50,752 bases of DNA from Octopus sinensis (GCF_006345805.1 NW_021835337.1:1-50752); one strand, 5' to 3'; positions 12,393 to 23,722 are shown, counted from the stretch's first letter. The notes: a model not told the origin generated them from the sequence alone. Translations and numbers: made by a program.

Positions 12393-12580
12393 ACCGATAC
12401 CTGGGTAGCAAATTCACGTCAGAAAAACACGGTTGAAGCTACATTTGGTGTGGAAATTTGTGTTTTTTTTTTAATACAAATAAAAGAAAGAATGGAGTTG
12501 AACGACGATTTAACAAAATTCCTTTATTCCTGTAATTAATAATTATTCCAAATTAATTAATTTCACCCTATATTGTTTCC

Positions 12581-12625
<45 letters not shown>

Positions 12626-12808
12626 ATATATATAAGTAGTGAATGAATTATCTTAGTATGGATAATTCGGTTAACCGATACCTGGGTAGCAAATTCACGT
12701 CAGAAAAACACGGTTGAAGCTACATTTCGTGTGGAAATTTGTGTTTTTTTTTTTAATACAAATAAAAGAAAGAATGGAGTTGAACGACGATTTAACAAAA
12801 TTCCTTTA

Positions 12809-12891
12809 TTCTCGACATATGTTTCGAAGGCTGCATATTCCTAATTTCGAAGGAATAAGGGGTGCATTATGCCGCCTTCTCATCAGGAAAA
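12809..12891 (-). ncRNA. Type I hammerhead ribozyme motif
   Basis: Minus strand: ttttc-CTGATGA-GAAGGC[extended loop]GCCTTC-GAAAC-ATAT-GTC-gagaa; intact core, 6 bp stem II, 5 bp stem I, palindromic ACATATGT stem III. Confidence 0.8.
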
Positions 12892-13458
12892 ACAAGGAAC
12901 TTATGTCAGCATCAAGATGAACAAAAACTCTTAGATGGTTGCCCACACGGAGTCCATAGCGATAATGAGTGTTTCTTTAAAATATTCCGTTATAAGCAGT
13001 GACGTCAAAAATGGTTGAATGTAGAAGATTCTAGAAAGTTCAAGAGTTCAAACAAGGTTGGAGGGGAGAGATCTAAGAATAGGAAGGTGACAGGGTGCAA
13101 GTCATATGAATGGTGATATGTTGTTGTTTTGCTTTTGCGATTGAGTCCCTATGTGTGTGTATGTATATAACTGCATTCGTGTCTATGTGTGTGTATGTGT
13201 GTGCGTGATTGTGTGTGTGGTTGGGTAGATGCCAAAAACAAACAGTTGTGAAGTGACAGGTTTGTGTCTTTGTGTTTGATTGTGCTTACGATAGAGAGAG
13301 GGAGAGAGAGAGAGAGGAGGGTGAGGTAGAGAGACAAAGGTAAAACATACCTCAACGAATTTGGTAGTAGTCCTTTATGAGTATAAAAATTTGTCTATGG
13401 TGGTGTTGTATAAATAGAAGCAAATTATTAAATTCAAGGAGGTTATCTATATTAATCA

Positions 13459-13848
13459 TCATTCATATGAGTGAAAGGTGTGTTTCTGCCAGTGCATGCA
13501 CCTATAGGATTTTTCAACCATTGTATTTACTAAAGGGAATTTGGCGAACAATATATGGAAAAGTTCGGAATTACAGACGCCACAAAATTTTCTGCCCTTA
13601 TCAAACAGAAAGGATACAGACAATATGGACCATTCCAGCTTGAAAGTTATATTGCTGTCCTTAAGACGCCAAACTAATTTACTTAGTCCTGTACTTTGTT
13701 GTTTTCTCTTATCTCGGAAAGTTGAATAATGATTGGAAATCCTCTGGGCTAATTTGGAAGTAGTTGCCCCAATGTAGAAGAAGATATCGGTACCGGAAGA
13801 AATTTTACACTGGTAAATGGAATTTCTAATTTTGGAATTGCTAGACAA
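13459..13848 (-). pseudogene. Penelope-like GIY-YIG endonuclease domain (C-terminal ORF fragment)
   Basis: NSIYQC..FYIGATTSKLAQRISNHYSTF..TGLSKLVWRLK..WSIL..CGVCNSE..LVN..E..RCMH matches PLE endonucleases; no RT upstream in the window. Confidence 0.8.
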
Positions 13849-14010
13849 GAACTTTAATCTGTTAGGGTTTACCTCCGAGACTAAGACGGAGTTTTTATTG
13901 TTATGATTGCTGTTAATATTATTGCTAGCTTATATATATATATAAGTTTAAAATACTTAATAACGTATGTTTATCATTTATGCAGTCATCGTAATTGTTA
14001 TAATGTCTTG

Positions 14011-14840
14011 GGATTTTTTCTTTTGAACGGCATATGTCAACACAATTTCTAGTTAACTAAACACTTTTAAACTTCGTATACTGGTAGAATGTGTCAAAAT
14101 AAAACATTTTTTCTCTTGGCTTTCTTGAGAAAATTCTATAGTTTGTAACATATTTCCACTTTAAAATCGAGCATTTCTGCAATTTCAACCAATCAGTGAT
14201 GTCTATTGAGGTGAAAACTTTCTGTGCCGTATGAATATGTCCCTCGTTTAAGAAACAGATTGGGTTTATTTACATTTGCGAAGAAAAAAAAGATACCCTT
14301 CCCCCCACCCCTAACCCTAACCCTAGCCATAACTCTAAACCTAACCCTAAAATAGATTGAAATACAATAGATCGATACTAGGGTTATAATTATGGGTGAC
14401 AATTTCATACGACACCGCTACGGAAAATGGGATTTTTTTCTAGCGGTGTCAAATGAAATTGTCACCCATAATTATAACCCTAGTATCGATCTATTGCATT
14501 TCAATCTATTTTAGGGTTAGGTTTAGTTAGAGTTAGGGTTAGGGGTGGGGGAAGGGTATCTTTTTTTCTTCGCAGATGTAAATAAACCAAATCTGTTTCT
14601 TAAACGAGGGGCATATTCATACAGCACGGTATGTTTTCACTCCAAATGGACGTATTTGATTAGTTAAAATTGCCGAAATACTCGATTTTAAAGTGGAAAT
14701 ATGTTACAAACTATAGAATTTTCTCAATAAAGCCAAGAAAAATGATGTTTTATAAACACATTCTACCAGTATGCGAAGTTTAAAAGTGTTTAGTTAACTA
14801 GAAATTGTGTTGAAAACTGCCGTTCAAAAGGAAAAGATCC
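14011..14840. mobile_element. Palindromic tail-to-tail dimer of MITE family G with one shared 8 bp TSD
   Basis: About 14011-14422 and 14443-14840 are diverged reverse complements; ATGTCTTG at 14003-14010 and 14841-14848; internal CCCTAA repeats. Confidence 0.88.
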
Positions 14841-14849
14841 ATGTCTTGT

Positions 14850-15142
14850 TGAGATAGGCTCTCTTTCTTTCCTGATGAGAAGATTGCATTTTACACCGTT
14901 TATTCCTTTGGAATAAACCCAATGTTGTCTTCGAAACATATGTCGAAAGTAAAAGAATTTGAATAACATTTGCGTTCAACTCAACTCCATTTATTACTTA
15001 TACTACACAAATTACTGCTTAACCCGGAGTTTCTACTTTGAATAGGTCGCTTCATCCTTGTTACTTGCGTAATTTTGCTACCCTGGTAACTGTTTATTGA
15101 ATTTTCCATGTTAACAGTAAACAAAGGATAATTCATTCATCC

Positions 15143-15147
<5 letters not shown>
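14850..15147 (+). mobile_element. Inverted, diverged relative of the Penelope 3' terminal segment at 12635-12900
   Basis: Shares hammerhead and downstream motifs (GTTCAACTC, TGCTACCC.GGTA, ATAATTCATTCA) with the minus-strand copy; ends at (CA)n. Confidence 0.65.
14867..14949 (+). ncRNA. Type I hammerhead ribozyme motif
   Basis: ctttc-CTGATGA-GAAGAT[loop containing GTTTATTCC/GGAATAAAC hairpin]GTCTTC-GAAAC-ATAT-GTC-gaaag; perfect 5 bp stem I; predicted cut after 14944. Confidence 0.8.
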
Positions 15148-15203
<56 letters not shown>

Positions 15204-15306
15204 AAGTTAATCCAAACATGAAAACACAAAGAGAAAACAAAACAACGCGAGGACGTGGAACAAATATAGTATTATTGGATGCTCAGGAAGGAAGGGAAGA
15301 AGGAGG

Positions 15307-15341
15307 GTTTAACGTTTCGGGCGGAGCTCTTCGTCAGAAAC
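15307..15341 (-). ncRNA. Minimal hammerhead-like motif
   Basis: Minus strand: gttt-CTGACGA-A-GAGC(tcc)GCCC-GAAAC-GTT-aaac; one mismatch in stem II. Confidence 0.6.
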
Positions 15342-15409
15342 ATAGGAAGAGGAAAGATCCAAAGAAGGGAAGACGGAAGATAAAAAAATCGCCAACGGTA
15401 CACACGCGG

Positions 15410-15454
<45 letters not shown>

Positions 15455-15497
15455 ACACACACACACATATATATATATAACAGTTTCACTCCGCTCC

Positions 15498-15555
15498 AAT
15501 ATGACTTCAAGTTTCGTACGTGGGCTCGTAGGCCCGACCTATCTCATCAGACATC
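15498..15555 (-). ncRNA. Hammerhead-like motif, irregular stem II
   Basis: Minus strand: gatgt-CTGATGA-G...GGGC(ctacga)GCCC...C-GAAAC-TTGAA-GTC-atatt; intact core, stem I with two G-U pairs. Confidence 0.55.
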
Positions 15556-15751
15556 TGATATTTAATGAGATGGCTCTATCCTAAGTGTCCACGACTCTTT
15601 AGGTCATAAGGGGCCGGGTCAAACTGTTGCCAAAAACTTTATGTAACACCCACCAAATCTGTTGAGTATCACTTTCTTTCGTTCGCCCACTCACTCATGT
15701 GGGTGTGTATATATGTATATATACGAAGATTCATACACATATGTGTATATA

Positions 15752-15796
<45 letters not shown>

Positions 15797-17285
15797 ATAT
15801 AATATATATATATTATATACACTCACATATGTGTGTGGTGTGTGTGTGTGTGTACACAAGAAATAAAGGAAGTAGAAAATACACAGAGGGTATGTACGAA
15901 GATTAATTTATATTAACATTAATATACTTAACCTGTTTCCCATTTGTACGATAAAGTGAATCAATTTTAATGTAAATAAATCTTTATATATGCTCTCTGC
16001 ATTTTCAACTTCATTTATTTCTTCTATACTATTACTTGTATGGATTAGTAGCGATTTTTCTGCGTGAATATACAAACATACATACAGAGAGTGAGAGAAA
16101 GAGAGCGAGGGAGAGAGAAAAGAAAAACAGAGAAAGAGAGAGAGAGAGTAAAGAAAGTATGAAGTAACGTAAAGAGAGAGTAAAGAAAGTATGAGTGACG
16201 TATGAAGTACTAATAATTACGTCTGTACTTAAGCCACAGACTACAAAAGTTTCTAAGTAAGTAGTGTATTGTCGTTAAGAGAACCAGGTTTGTGATTTGC
16301 GTCTCATGTTAAAAAGTCAGTAACTGGATCCCCCCATTTCAATTTTAATAAAGCTGGCATAGAGTTTCCCTGCCTTGTCTAAGACTAAGCCACACAGACT
16401 TCTCTGAAAATTGAAATAAAGTGAAACAAAGGAAAATACTTAGCATGTTTATTGCTGTTGTTTGATAGGAAAATCATGGAAATGCCAACATTTTTTGTTA
16501 TACAATGATGCAATCGTGACCTTTCTAAATAATTTGAAAGCCGTGTTCTTTTTAAATGTAAAAGTCTTTCAATTTCAGTCAGATATCATCTATACCAGTG
16601 TTACTCAAGGATTTTTTTTCTCTAAAATCCAGCGACGCTTTTTCGACGAATTGCGTTTCAGAGACGAACTCCACAAAGCTAAACAACAACAATAACAACA
16701 GTTGCAATAACAATAGTTACAAGAACACTAGCTGCAGCTTGACCTTGCAGGTATGTCACTAAATCTTACTTGCCAGGTGTAATAAATAATAAGACGGCAC
16801 CTAAACTTGGCTAAACCTTTTACTGTCATATATTACACTAGGCAACAAAGATTTTGTTACAGAAGATCAAATAGGTGTTCCTAGCTAATTTTGCGGTACT
16901 GATTTCAAATCTATAATTTTTTTCTATCACGCTTAGATTTTGTGTAAAATGCAAATCACTTAATAAAATTTCCTACCACGTCTAGATTTTGGTATTAATC
17001 AGCTTAATGCCAGTAATAGGAAACATACTTTTCAAGTTTAAAGCAATTTTTGTTTGGCAACTATATACAAATTCTAACGATTTTGATCGCTAAAATTTAT
17101 CCGGAGTTGGCAATGCTGAGTCAAGAGTATAGTAACGGCCCAACGGTCAGTCGTTGCTTAACAGTCAAGCAGAACGATTGTTGAAGTTCTTTGCTGGTAA
17201 AGAAGTAGTGGGCTGTAATAAATCGTGTGTTTTTATAGCATTTGTTTTGTACTATAGTGTGTAATGTATTTCTTTTTATTTTGTA

Positions 17286-17680
17286 CTAGCAGTATCGCCC
17301 GGCGTTGCTCGGGTTTGTAAGGGAAATAACTATATAAGCATTTTTAGAGAGTTATAGCCAAAAAATAGCAAAAAATGCATTAAAAATGGAAAAAAAATGA
17401 TGGTAAATTTTTTTTTAAATCGTGACTCATCGTAGACATTTTTAGAGAGTTACTTCCCTTATATAATAGCGAAAAAATGCATTAAAATGGAAAAAATGAT
17501 GGTAAATTATTTTAAAAATCGTAGACTCATCGTAGACGCGCGCTAATACCCAGACGGGCTCGATATGAATCACGACTATAAGATACCTGGTTTTGGTTAA
17601 ACTGCACCGCAAAATGTGGGAGTAGTTAGGAATCTAAATCGTAGGAGACACACACACAACTTCACTTTTATATATAAAGA
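17286..17680 (-). mobile_element. Non-autonomous Helitron
   Basis: Minus strand A|TC...CCCGAGCAACGCCGGG hairpin, CTAG|T; same family as 43633-44144. Confidence 0.85.
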
Positions 17681-17735
17681 TATCATAATAATTAATTTCT
17701 ACGACGCCCCCCCCCAATATTGTATAGTAATTAAG

Positions 17736-18900
17736 ATGCAATCAAATAGATGTGTTTGTGTAAGCCACCCAGACAACTTCTGCTACATCTGTGGACAATA
17801 TACACCTAAGCCACAACGTAGAAACATAACAACAAAAATTAGACTTGCCTTCAAGGATTGTTTTGACCGTAAGTTAGGAGAGCAAAAGACGTACTGGATA
17901 CCACATATTGACTATGCACAGTGCAATACAATGTTAATAGCTTTGATGAATAGTAAAAGAAAAGCTGTGCCGTTCTCAGTTCCCATGGTTTGACGCCAGC
18001 TGCAAAATCACTTCAAAGATTGTTATTCTTGTTTGACAAAGATTGCTAGTTTCACAAATAAAGACAAATCAAAAATCATGTGCCCAAACTGCGAATCGGC
18101 AATAAAACCAGTACTACATGATGAAACAAGTCTACTACCAGTTCCACCAGCAACGATGCCGTTCAAGAATTTGGACCTGGAGATCTCCATTTCCAGCGAC
18201 TTCGAGGGCCACCTCCCAATGGTGTCGGGCGTCAACGAAGAGCCCTCGACTACAACAAGACGACCAAAGTTTTTTTTCCCAAGGTCTGGGGTCTCCCGCC
18301 CCTAAGCCCTAGACCATCCCCTAATCACCCTTACCCGTCTTGTTGCTTAACAGCAGCATCATCATCATCAGCAGCAGCAGCAGCAACAACAACAACAACA
18401 AGCAACGGCAACAGACAGCAGGTCATCTGAAGATTCTGCTAGTGATATAGAAATTGAGAAAGATGGGGTATATGTTCCAGACGCAACTAGTTTCCCATAT
18501 TTGTTAAGCCAAGCAGGGTTAAATGGCTAAGTGCGCGATTTGGAATTACCAAAAGAAAAGGCAGAGTTACTTGGTTCCAGATTTCAAGAATGGAATTTTC
18601 TCCAGCCAAACACCAAAGTTTCCTATTTTCGTCATCGCCATTTGGAGTTTTCATCGTTTTACTTACAATAGGAAAACGTTTGATTCTGCCACGATATCAG
18701 TGGCCTGATGCACTAGCGTAGCTAGAGTGTGTGCCACCCGGGGCGGCCCTTACGTTTGTCGTCCCCGGACCCCACAAAAAAACACATTGCCTACAGCAAT
18801 AGACTACAACAGGATGAAAAATGCCGCCCCTAACGCCGCCCCTACCGCTACGCTAGTGGCCTGATGGAAGGTATTGGCCTTCGCTATGATTCAAAAGAAT
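17736..18900 (+). pseudogene. Decayed Chapaev3-like transposase, N-terminal part
   Basis: HPDNFCYICGQ..WIPHI..PFSVPMV*R..NHFKDCYSC..SAIKPVLH, then VRDLELPKEKAELLGSRFQEWN..KVSYFR..CHDISGLM/EGIGLRYD; several stops. Confidence 0.8.
18711..18858. mobile_element. 148 bp hAT-like MITE
   Basis: 12 bp perfect TIR CACTAGCGTAGC; 8 bp TSD GCCTGATG; removing it rejoins the transposase frame ISGLM-EGIG. Confidence 0.85.
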
Positions 18901-18934
18901 AAGGAAAAATTAGGTTAAGTTTCTTTCTCGAATC

Positions 18935-19441
18935 ATACCGACTCATAAGGGCCGGTTTCCCGGCGTATATATACCGCACCTGGACGGCACGCCAGGTGCG
19001 GAATATATACGCCAGCAGCATGAAATGAAGTGTTTCGCTCGAGAACACAACGCGTCGCCCAGTCCGGGAATCGAAACCACAGTCTTACAATTATGAGCCC
19101 AACACTAACCTATTTCTTTACTACCCACAAGGGGCTAAATACAGAGAGGACAAACAAGGACAGACAAACAGATTATGTCGATTATATCAACCCCAGTGCG
19201 TAACTGGTACTTATTTAATCGACCCCGAAAGGACGAAAGGCAAAGTCGACTTCGGCGGAATTTGAACTCAGAACGTAACAGCAGACGAAATACCGGTAAG
19301 CATTTCTCCCAGAGTTCTAACGTTTCTGCCAACACTAACCACTAAGCCACACTCTTCCACTCTTCCGCCCAACACTAACCACTAAGCCACACTCTTCCAC
19401 TCTTCCGCCCAACACTAACCACTAAGCCACACTCTTCCACT
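18935..19441 (-). mobile_element. Degenerate SINE (D-like head, E tail) split by SINE A, head triplicated
   Basis: E tail at 18935, head piece at 19040-19110, remainder as 3x40 bp repeat 19331-19441. Confidence 0.55.
19111..19330 (-). mobile_element. SINE family A
   Basis: Family A body; TSD CCAACACTAACC. Confidence 0.85.
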
Positions 19442-19830
19442 GCCAAAAGAGTGGAGACTGTACTTTGACTCTAGTAATCCTAGCCTTAAAGCAATATTAC
19501 TGCACAACGGCAATGAAAAACCTTCATCCTTGTTGACTAATTATTTAAGTATGCTTAACATAAAGCGAGGCACAGAAAAAAGTAGGTTAGACGGCTTTAG
19601 TAATAGAAGCAGGTGAGAAAAAAAAAAAAATGAAAAATAGGGGCTTCCGGTTACATAAAATCTGGACGTGATAGAGAAATTTAGATATCAGAACTGAAAT
19701 TATCATCAGAATTTTGGTAGGACCAATAGCTTACGGGTCTGTAACACAAAAATAAATAAAAAAAATAAATAATTGAAATTTGTTGCCTAGTGCTGTAATC
19801 AGTATTAGAATCAGAATCTGTACGACCCAG

Positions 19831-19896
19831 CTACTACTACTGCTACTACTACTACTACCACCACCACCACCACCACCACCACCACCACCACCACCA

Positions 19897-19936
<40 letters not shown>

Positions 19937-20027
19937 CACTACCACCACCACCACCACCACCACCACCATCACCACCAATACCACTACTACTACCACCACC
20001 ACCACCGCCGCCGCCGCCGCCGCCACC

Positions 20028-20089
<62 letters not shown>

Positions 20090-20177
20090 CACCACCACCA
20101 TCACCACCACCACCATCACCACCAATACCACTACTACTACCACCACCACCACCACCAACACCACCACCACCACCACC

Positions 20178-20220
<43 letters not shown>

Positions 20221-20329
20221 CATCACACACCACCACCACCATCACCACCAATACAATACTACTACTACCACCACACAACACCAATCCATACTACCAACAC
20301 CCCCTACCCCCACCACCACACCACCACCG

Positions 20330-20370
<41 letters not shown>

Positions 20371-20407
20371 CCGCCGCGCCGCCGCCGCCGCCACCACCCC
20401 ACTACTA

Positions 20408-20439
<32 letters not shown>

Positions 20440-20584
20440 AACCACCATCACCACCACCACCACCATCACCACCAATACCACTACTACTACTACCACCACC
20501 ACCACCACCAAATACACTACTACCACCACCACCACCACCACCGTCGCCGCCGCCGCCGCCGCCACCACCACCACCACTACTACA

Positions 20585-20625
<41 letters not shown>
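19831..20625. repeat. Compound (ACC/ACT/GCC)n trinucleotide tract
   Basis: Directly visible; source of the spurious 292 aa ORF. Confidence 0.95.
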
Positions 20626-20941
20626 GCCGTGATATTACATTTTCGTTGTGTTTTCTAGGAACGAGATCATATGTTTTTAGGAACAGAAATATTTTGTGAA
20701 ATTGTTTTTTTTTTTTTTTCCCAAAGGAACATAAAATAACTTCAACTAAGAATGGAAACCACATCGAAGCGTGTGTATACATGTATGTATGTATGTATGC
20801 ATGCATGTATGTATGTATATATATATATATATATATAATGTATTGGCTTATGATTTTTCACTGTTTGATTTGCCTAATAGTGGTTTTATCTCTAATTTAA
20901 TAATATAATTATATATATATATATATATACATATACATACA

Positions 20942-20978
<37 letters not shown>

Positions 20979-21065
20979 CAGCATATATAATATATATATA
21001 CATACATCCATATATATACACTATATTATTAACTTAATATATATATATACACACACACATAATTC

Positions 21066-21133
<68 letters not shown>

Positions 21134-21163
21134 GTGGTGTGTGTGTGTGTGTGTGTATATGCT

Positions 21164-21496
21164 GAGACACCCTTCGGTTATGACTGACCATGGGATTGCA
21201 CCTAGAAAGTTACCCTCCCAGGCACAAGTCCGGGCAAGGTTGTTTATGGAAGACCAGCAGTCGCCCATGCATACCGGCCTCCCCTCTCCACGCCACCAGT
21301 GTTATCCAAGGGAAAGGCAAAGGGGCCGATACAGCTTGGCACCTGTGACGTCGGAACTCATTTCTACAGGTGAGTGAACTGGAGCAACGTGAAATAAAGT
21401 GTCTTGCTCAAGAACACAACACGCAGCCCGGTCCGGGATTCGAACTCACAACCTCACGATCGTAAGCTCTACGCTGTACCCACTAAGCCATGCACC

Positions 21497-21500
<4 letters not shown>
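21164..21500 (-). mobile_element. SINE family D, full length
   Basis: tRNA-like head GGCTTAGTGG..GAGTTCGAATCCCGG on minus strand; tail CTAGGTGCAATCCCATGGTCAGTCAT. Confidence 0.85.
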
Positions 21501-21544
<44 letters not shown>

Positions 21545-21588
21545 TATATAATTAATAATAACATACATATGTATATAATTTATATTAA

Positions 21589-22005
21589 AGGAGTAAGGGC
21601 GAAAACGAATTAACTCCAATATGCTTGAAGTGCCGAGACATCAAAAAAAACTACTAAAAACTCTCAGATAAAATATACGCATGACTGAAAAGGGGCTAGT
21701 GAAAAAAATATTAAAAAGACCTCACTTTGAATGTGAATTGGTTCCAATTTCTGGATTAAAGCCATAAAACAGGTTTTTTCACGGGAAATATATATACAAA
21801 TTTATGATTATTTGTATTTATATATCCTGTGTATTATGTTGACGAAGGAAAAAAAAGCTTGTTTTAGGCGTTAATTCAGAAATTGGAATCAATCCACAAT
21901 TAACGTGAGGCCTTTATATATTTTATCTGGAGTTTTTGGTAGTTTTTTTTTAATGTCTCGGCACTTCAAGCATGTTGGAGTACGGTCGTTTTCGCTTTTG
22001 CTCCC
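21589..22005. mobile_element. Kolobok/T2-like palindromic MITE
   Basis: TTAA at 21585-21588 and 22006-22009, AG/GG termini, long imperfect TIRs (TGCTTGAAGTGCCGAGACAT shared). Confidence 0.75.
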
Positions 22006-22028
22006 TTAATATAATTATATACAAGCAA

Positions 22029-22260
22029 GGCGGCGAGCTGGCAGAAACGTTAGCACGCCGGGCGAAATGCGTAGCCGTATTTCGTCTGCCGTTACATCCT
22101 GAGTTCAAATTCCGCCGAGGTCGACTTTGCCTTTCATCCTTTCGGGGTCGATTAAATAAGTACCAGTTACCTCACTGGGGTCGATATAATCGACTTAATC
22201 CGTTTGTCTGTCCTTGTTTGTCCCCTCTGTGTTTAGCCCCTTGTGGGTAGTGAAGAAATA
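22029..22260 (+). mobile_element. SINE family A, full length
   Basis: GGCGGCGAGCTGGCAGAAACGTTAGC head; TSD-like ATATAATTATATACA. Confidence 0.9.
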
Positions 22261-22448
22261 TATAATTATATACATACGTATATTATTATTAATCTAATGT
22301 ATAAATTACCTATAAAGTTTTATAGCATGCTGACAAACTGATAGAAATCAATAACGTGATTTTTTCCTTATGTTCTATCATATATATATATATATATATA
22401 TATATACAAATTTATATATATGCACGTGCGCGTCTGTGTGTGTGCATG

Positions 22449-22879
22449 GGATCTTTTCGGTTTTGAACGGCAGTTTTTAACATAATTTCTAGGTAACTAA
22501 ACACTTTTAAACTTAGTATACTGGTAGAATGTGTTTATAAAACATCTTTTTCTCTTGGCTTTATTGAGAAAATTCTATAGTTTGTAAGATATTTGTTGTT
22601 TTTTTTCTTCAATTTCTGCAATTTCAACCAATCACTGGCGTGTATTGAGGTAAAAAACATTCTGTGCCGTATGAATATGTCCCTCGTTTAAGAAACAGAT
22701 TGGGTTTATTTATATTTGTGAAGAAACCCTAACCCTAACCCTAACCCTAATCCTAACTAACCCTAACCCTAACCCTAAAACAGATTGAAATGCAATAGAT
22801 CGATACTAGGGTCATAATTATGGGTGACAATTTCATATGACACCGTTAGAAAAAACTGCCGTTCAAACCGACAAGATCC
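22449..22879. mobile_element. MITE family G monomer with CCCTAA repeats
   Basis: TIRs GGATCTTTTCGGTTTTGAACGGCAGTTTT / AAAACTGCCGTTCAAACCGACAAGATCC; 8 bp TSD TGTGCATG/TATGCATG. Confidence 0.85.
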
Positions 22880-23521
22880 TATGCATGCCACCTTATGCAA
22901 GTGTCTTCTACTATAACCTCGGGCCGACTAAAGCTTTGTGAGTGGATTTGTGTGACGAAAACTATATATATATAAGATGCGATGCAGTGGAACTGAACCC
23001 GAAACCCATTGTTGGGAAGCAAACTTCTTTCCACATAGCCACGCCTGAGAAACTGAAAGAGCTCTGTAGGAAATGAAAAAAAACCCAACCTTATAGCAAG
23101 TCATGTGATACAAGTGATTTTAGAGATTTAGTATTAGATGACATCACGTTTTTCATAATAACAATAATACTCCAGTATTTACACTGACAACAATAATTAG
23201 GGTGTAGACAATATACAAAGAGTTCGTCGGTTTTGTGAGCCACGAGGCAACTACGTACAACATTTAGCGACTTTCTGACTAGAGGTTTCGTGGCCGACAG
23301 CAAAGAGTGTTCTATTGATTCCCTTCATTTTCTTTTGATTAAGAGAAACTGTCATGCTTGCTGGAAGACCACGTGGATATTAAGATCAAGCTTAAATGAA
23401 AGTTCTTTTCATGTTTGTACGAACGTCATTTAAAACGAGGACACAATATCAGTGAAAACTATGTTACAACAACGCGTGCGCACACCACACACACACACAA
23501 ACATAAACACATATTTACACA

Positions 23522-23722
23522 CGACAGGATGTTGAAAAGTTCCTCGTTTTAAGGGTATCGCAAAAGGCTAGCTGGAGGTCCGACCTTCCCAGTTCTTTTA
23601 CAGGGCTTAGAAAAACTGAAGGACCGCTGCAATAAGTATGTGAATCTGAGAGAGGAATATATTAAATAAAATCATAATTAACTGATTCTCCTGTATTTTC
23701 TTTTATCCAAAGCCAAGAACTT
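23522..23722 (+). mobile_element. Mariner-derived MITE, decayed
   Basis: GAAAAGTTCCT/AAGAACTTT inverted ends; internal frame LQGLEKLKDRCNKYVNLREEYIK* resembles a mariner C-terminus. Confidence 0.6.

Larger units (their letters stand above)
12635..13940 (-). mobile_element. Penelope-like element, 3' portion (GIY-YIG remnant, 3' UTR, hammerhead)
   Basis: Endonuclease ORF followed downstream on the same strand by a hammerhead motif, ending at (TA)n. Continuity of the intervening sequence is inferred. Confidence 0.7.
16836..19792 (+). mobile_element. Chapaev3-like (CMC) DNA transposon, internally deleted, with nested insertions
   Basis: Perfect 14 bp TIRs CACTAGGCAACAAA; transposase remnants inside; no matching TSD seen (TTA vs CTG). 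Family name recalled from protein/TIR pattern. Confidence 0.72.

Noticed and set aside
14300-14350. True telomere or fusion site
   Set aside because: Short degenerate CCCTAA runs internal to a MITE present in several copies.
19331-19441. CRISPR-like or regulatory array
   Set aside because: Units are contiguous with no spacers and derive from a SINE head; eukaryotic context.
19780-20658. 292 aa Pro/Leu/His/Tyr ORF
   Set aside because: Stop-free microsatellite read-through.
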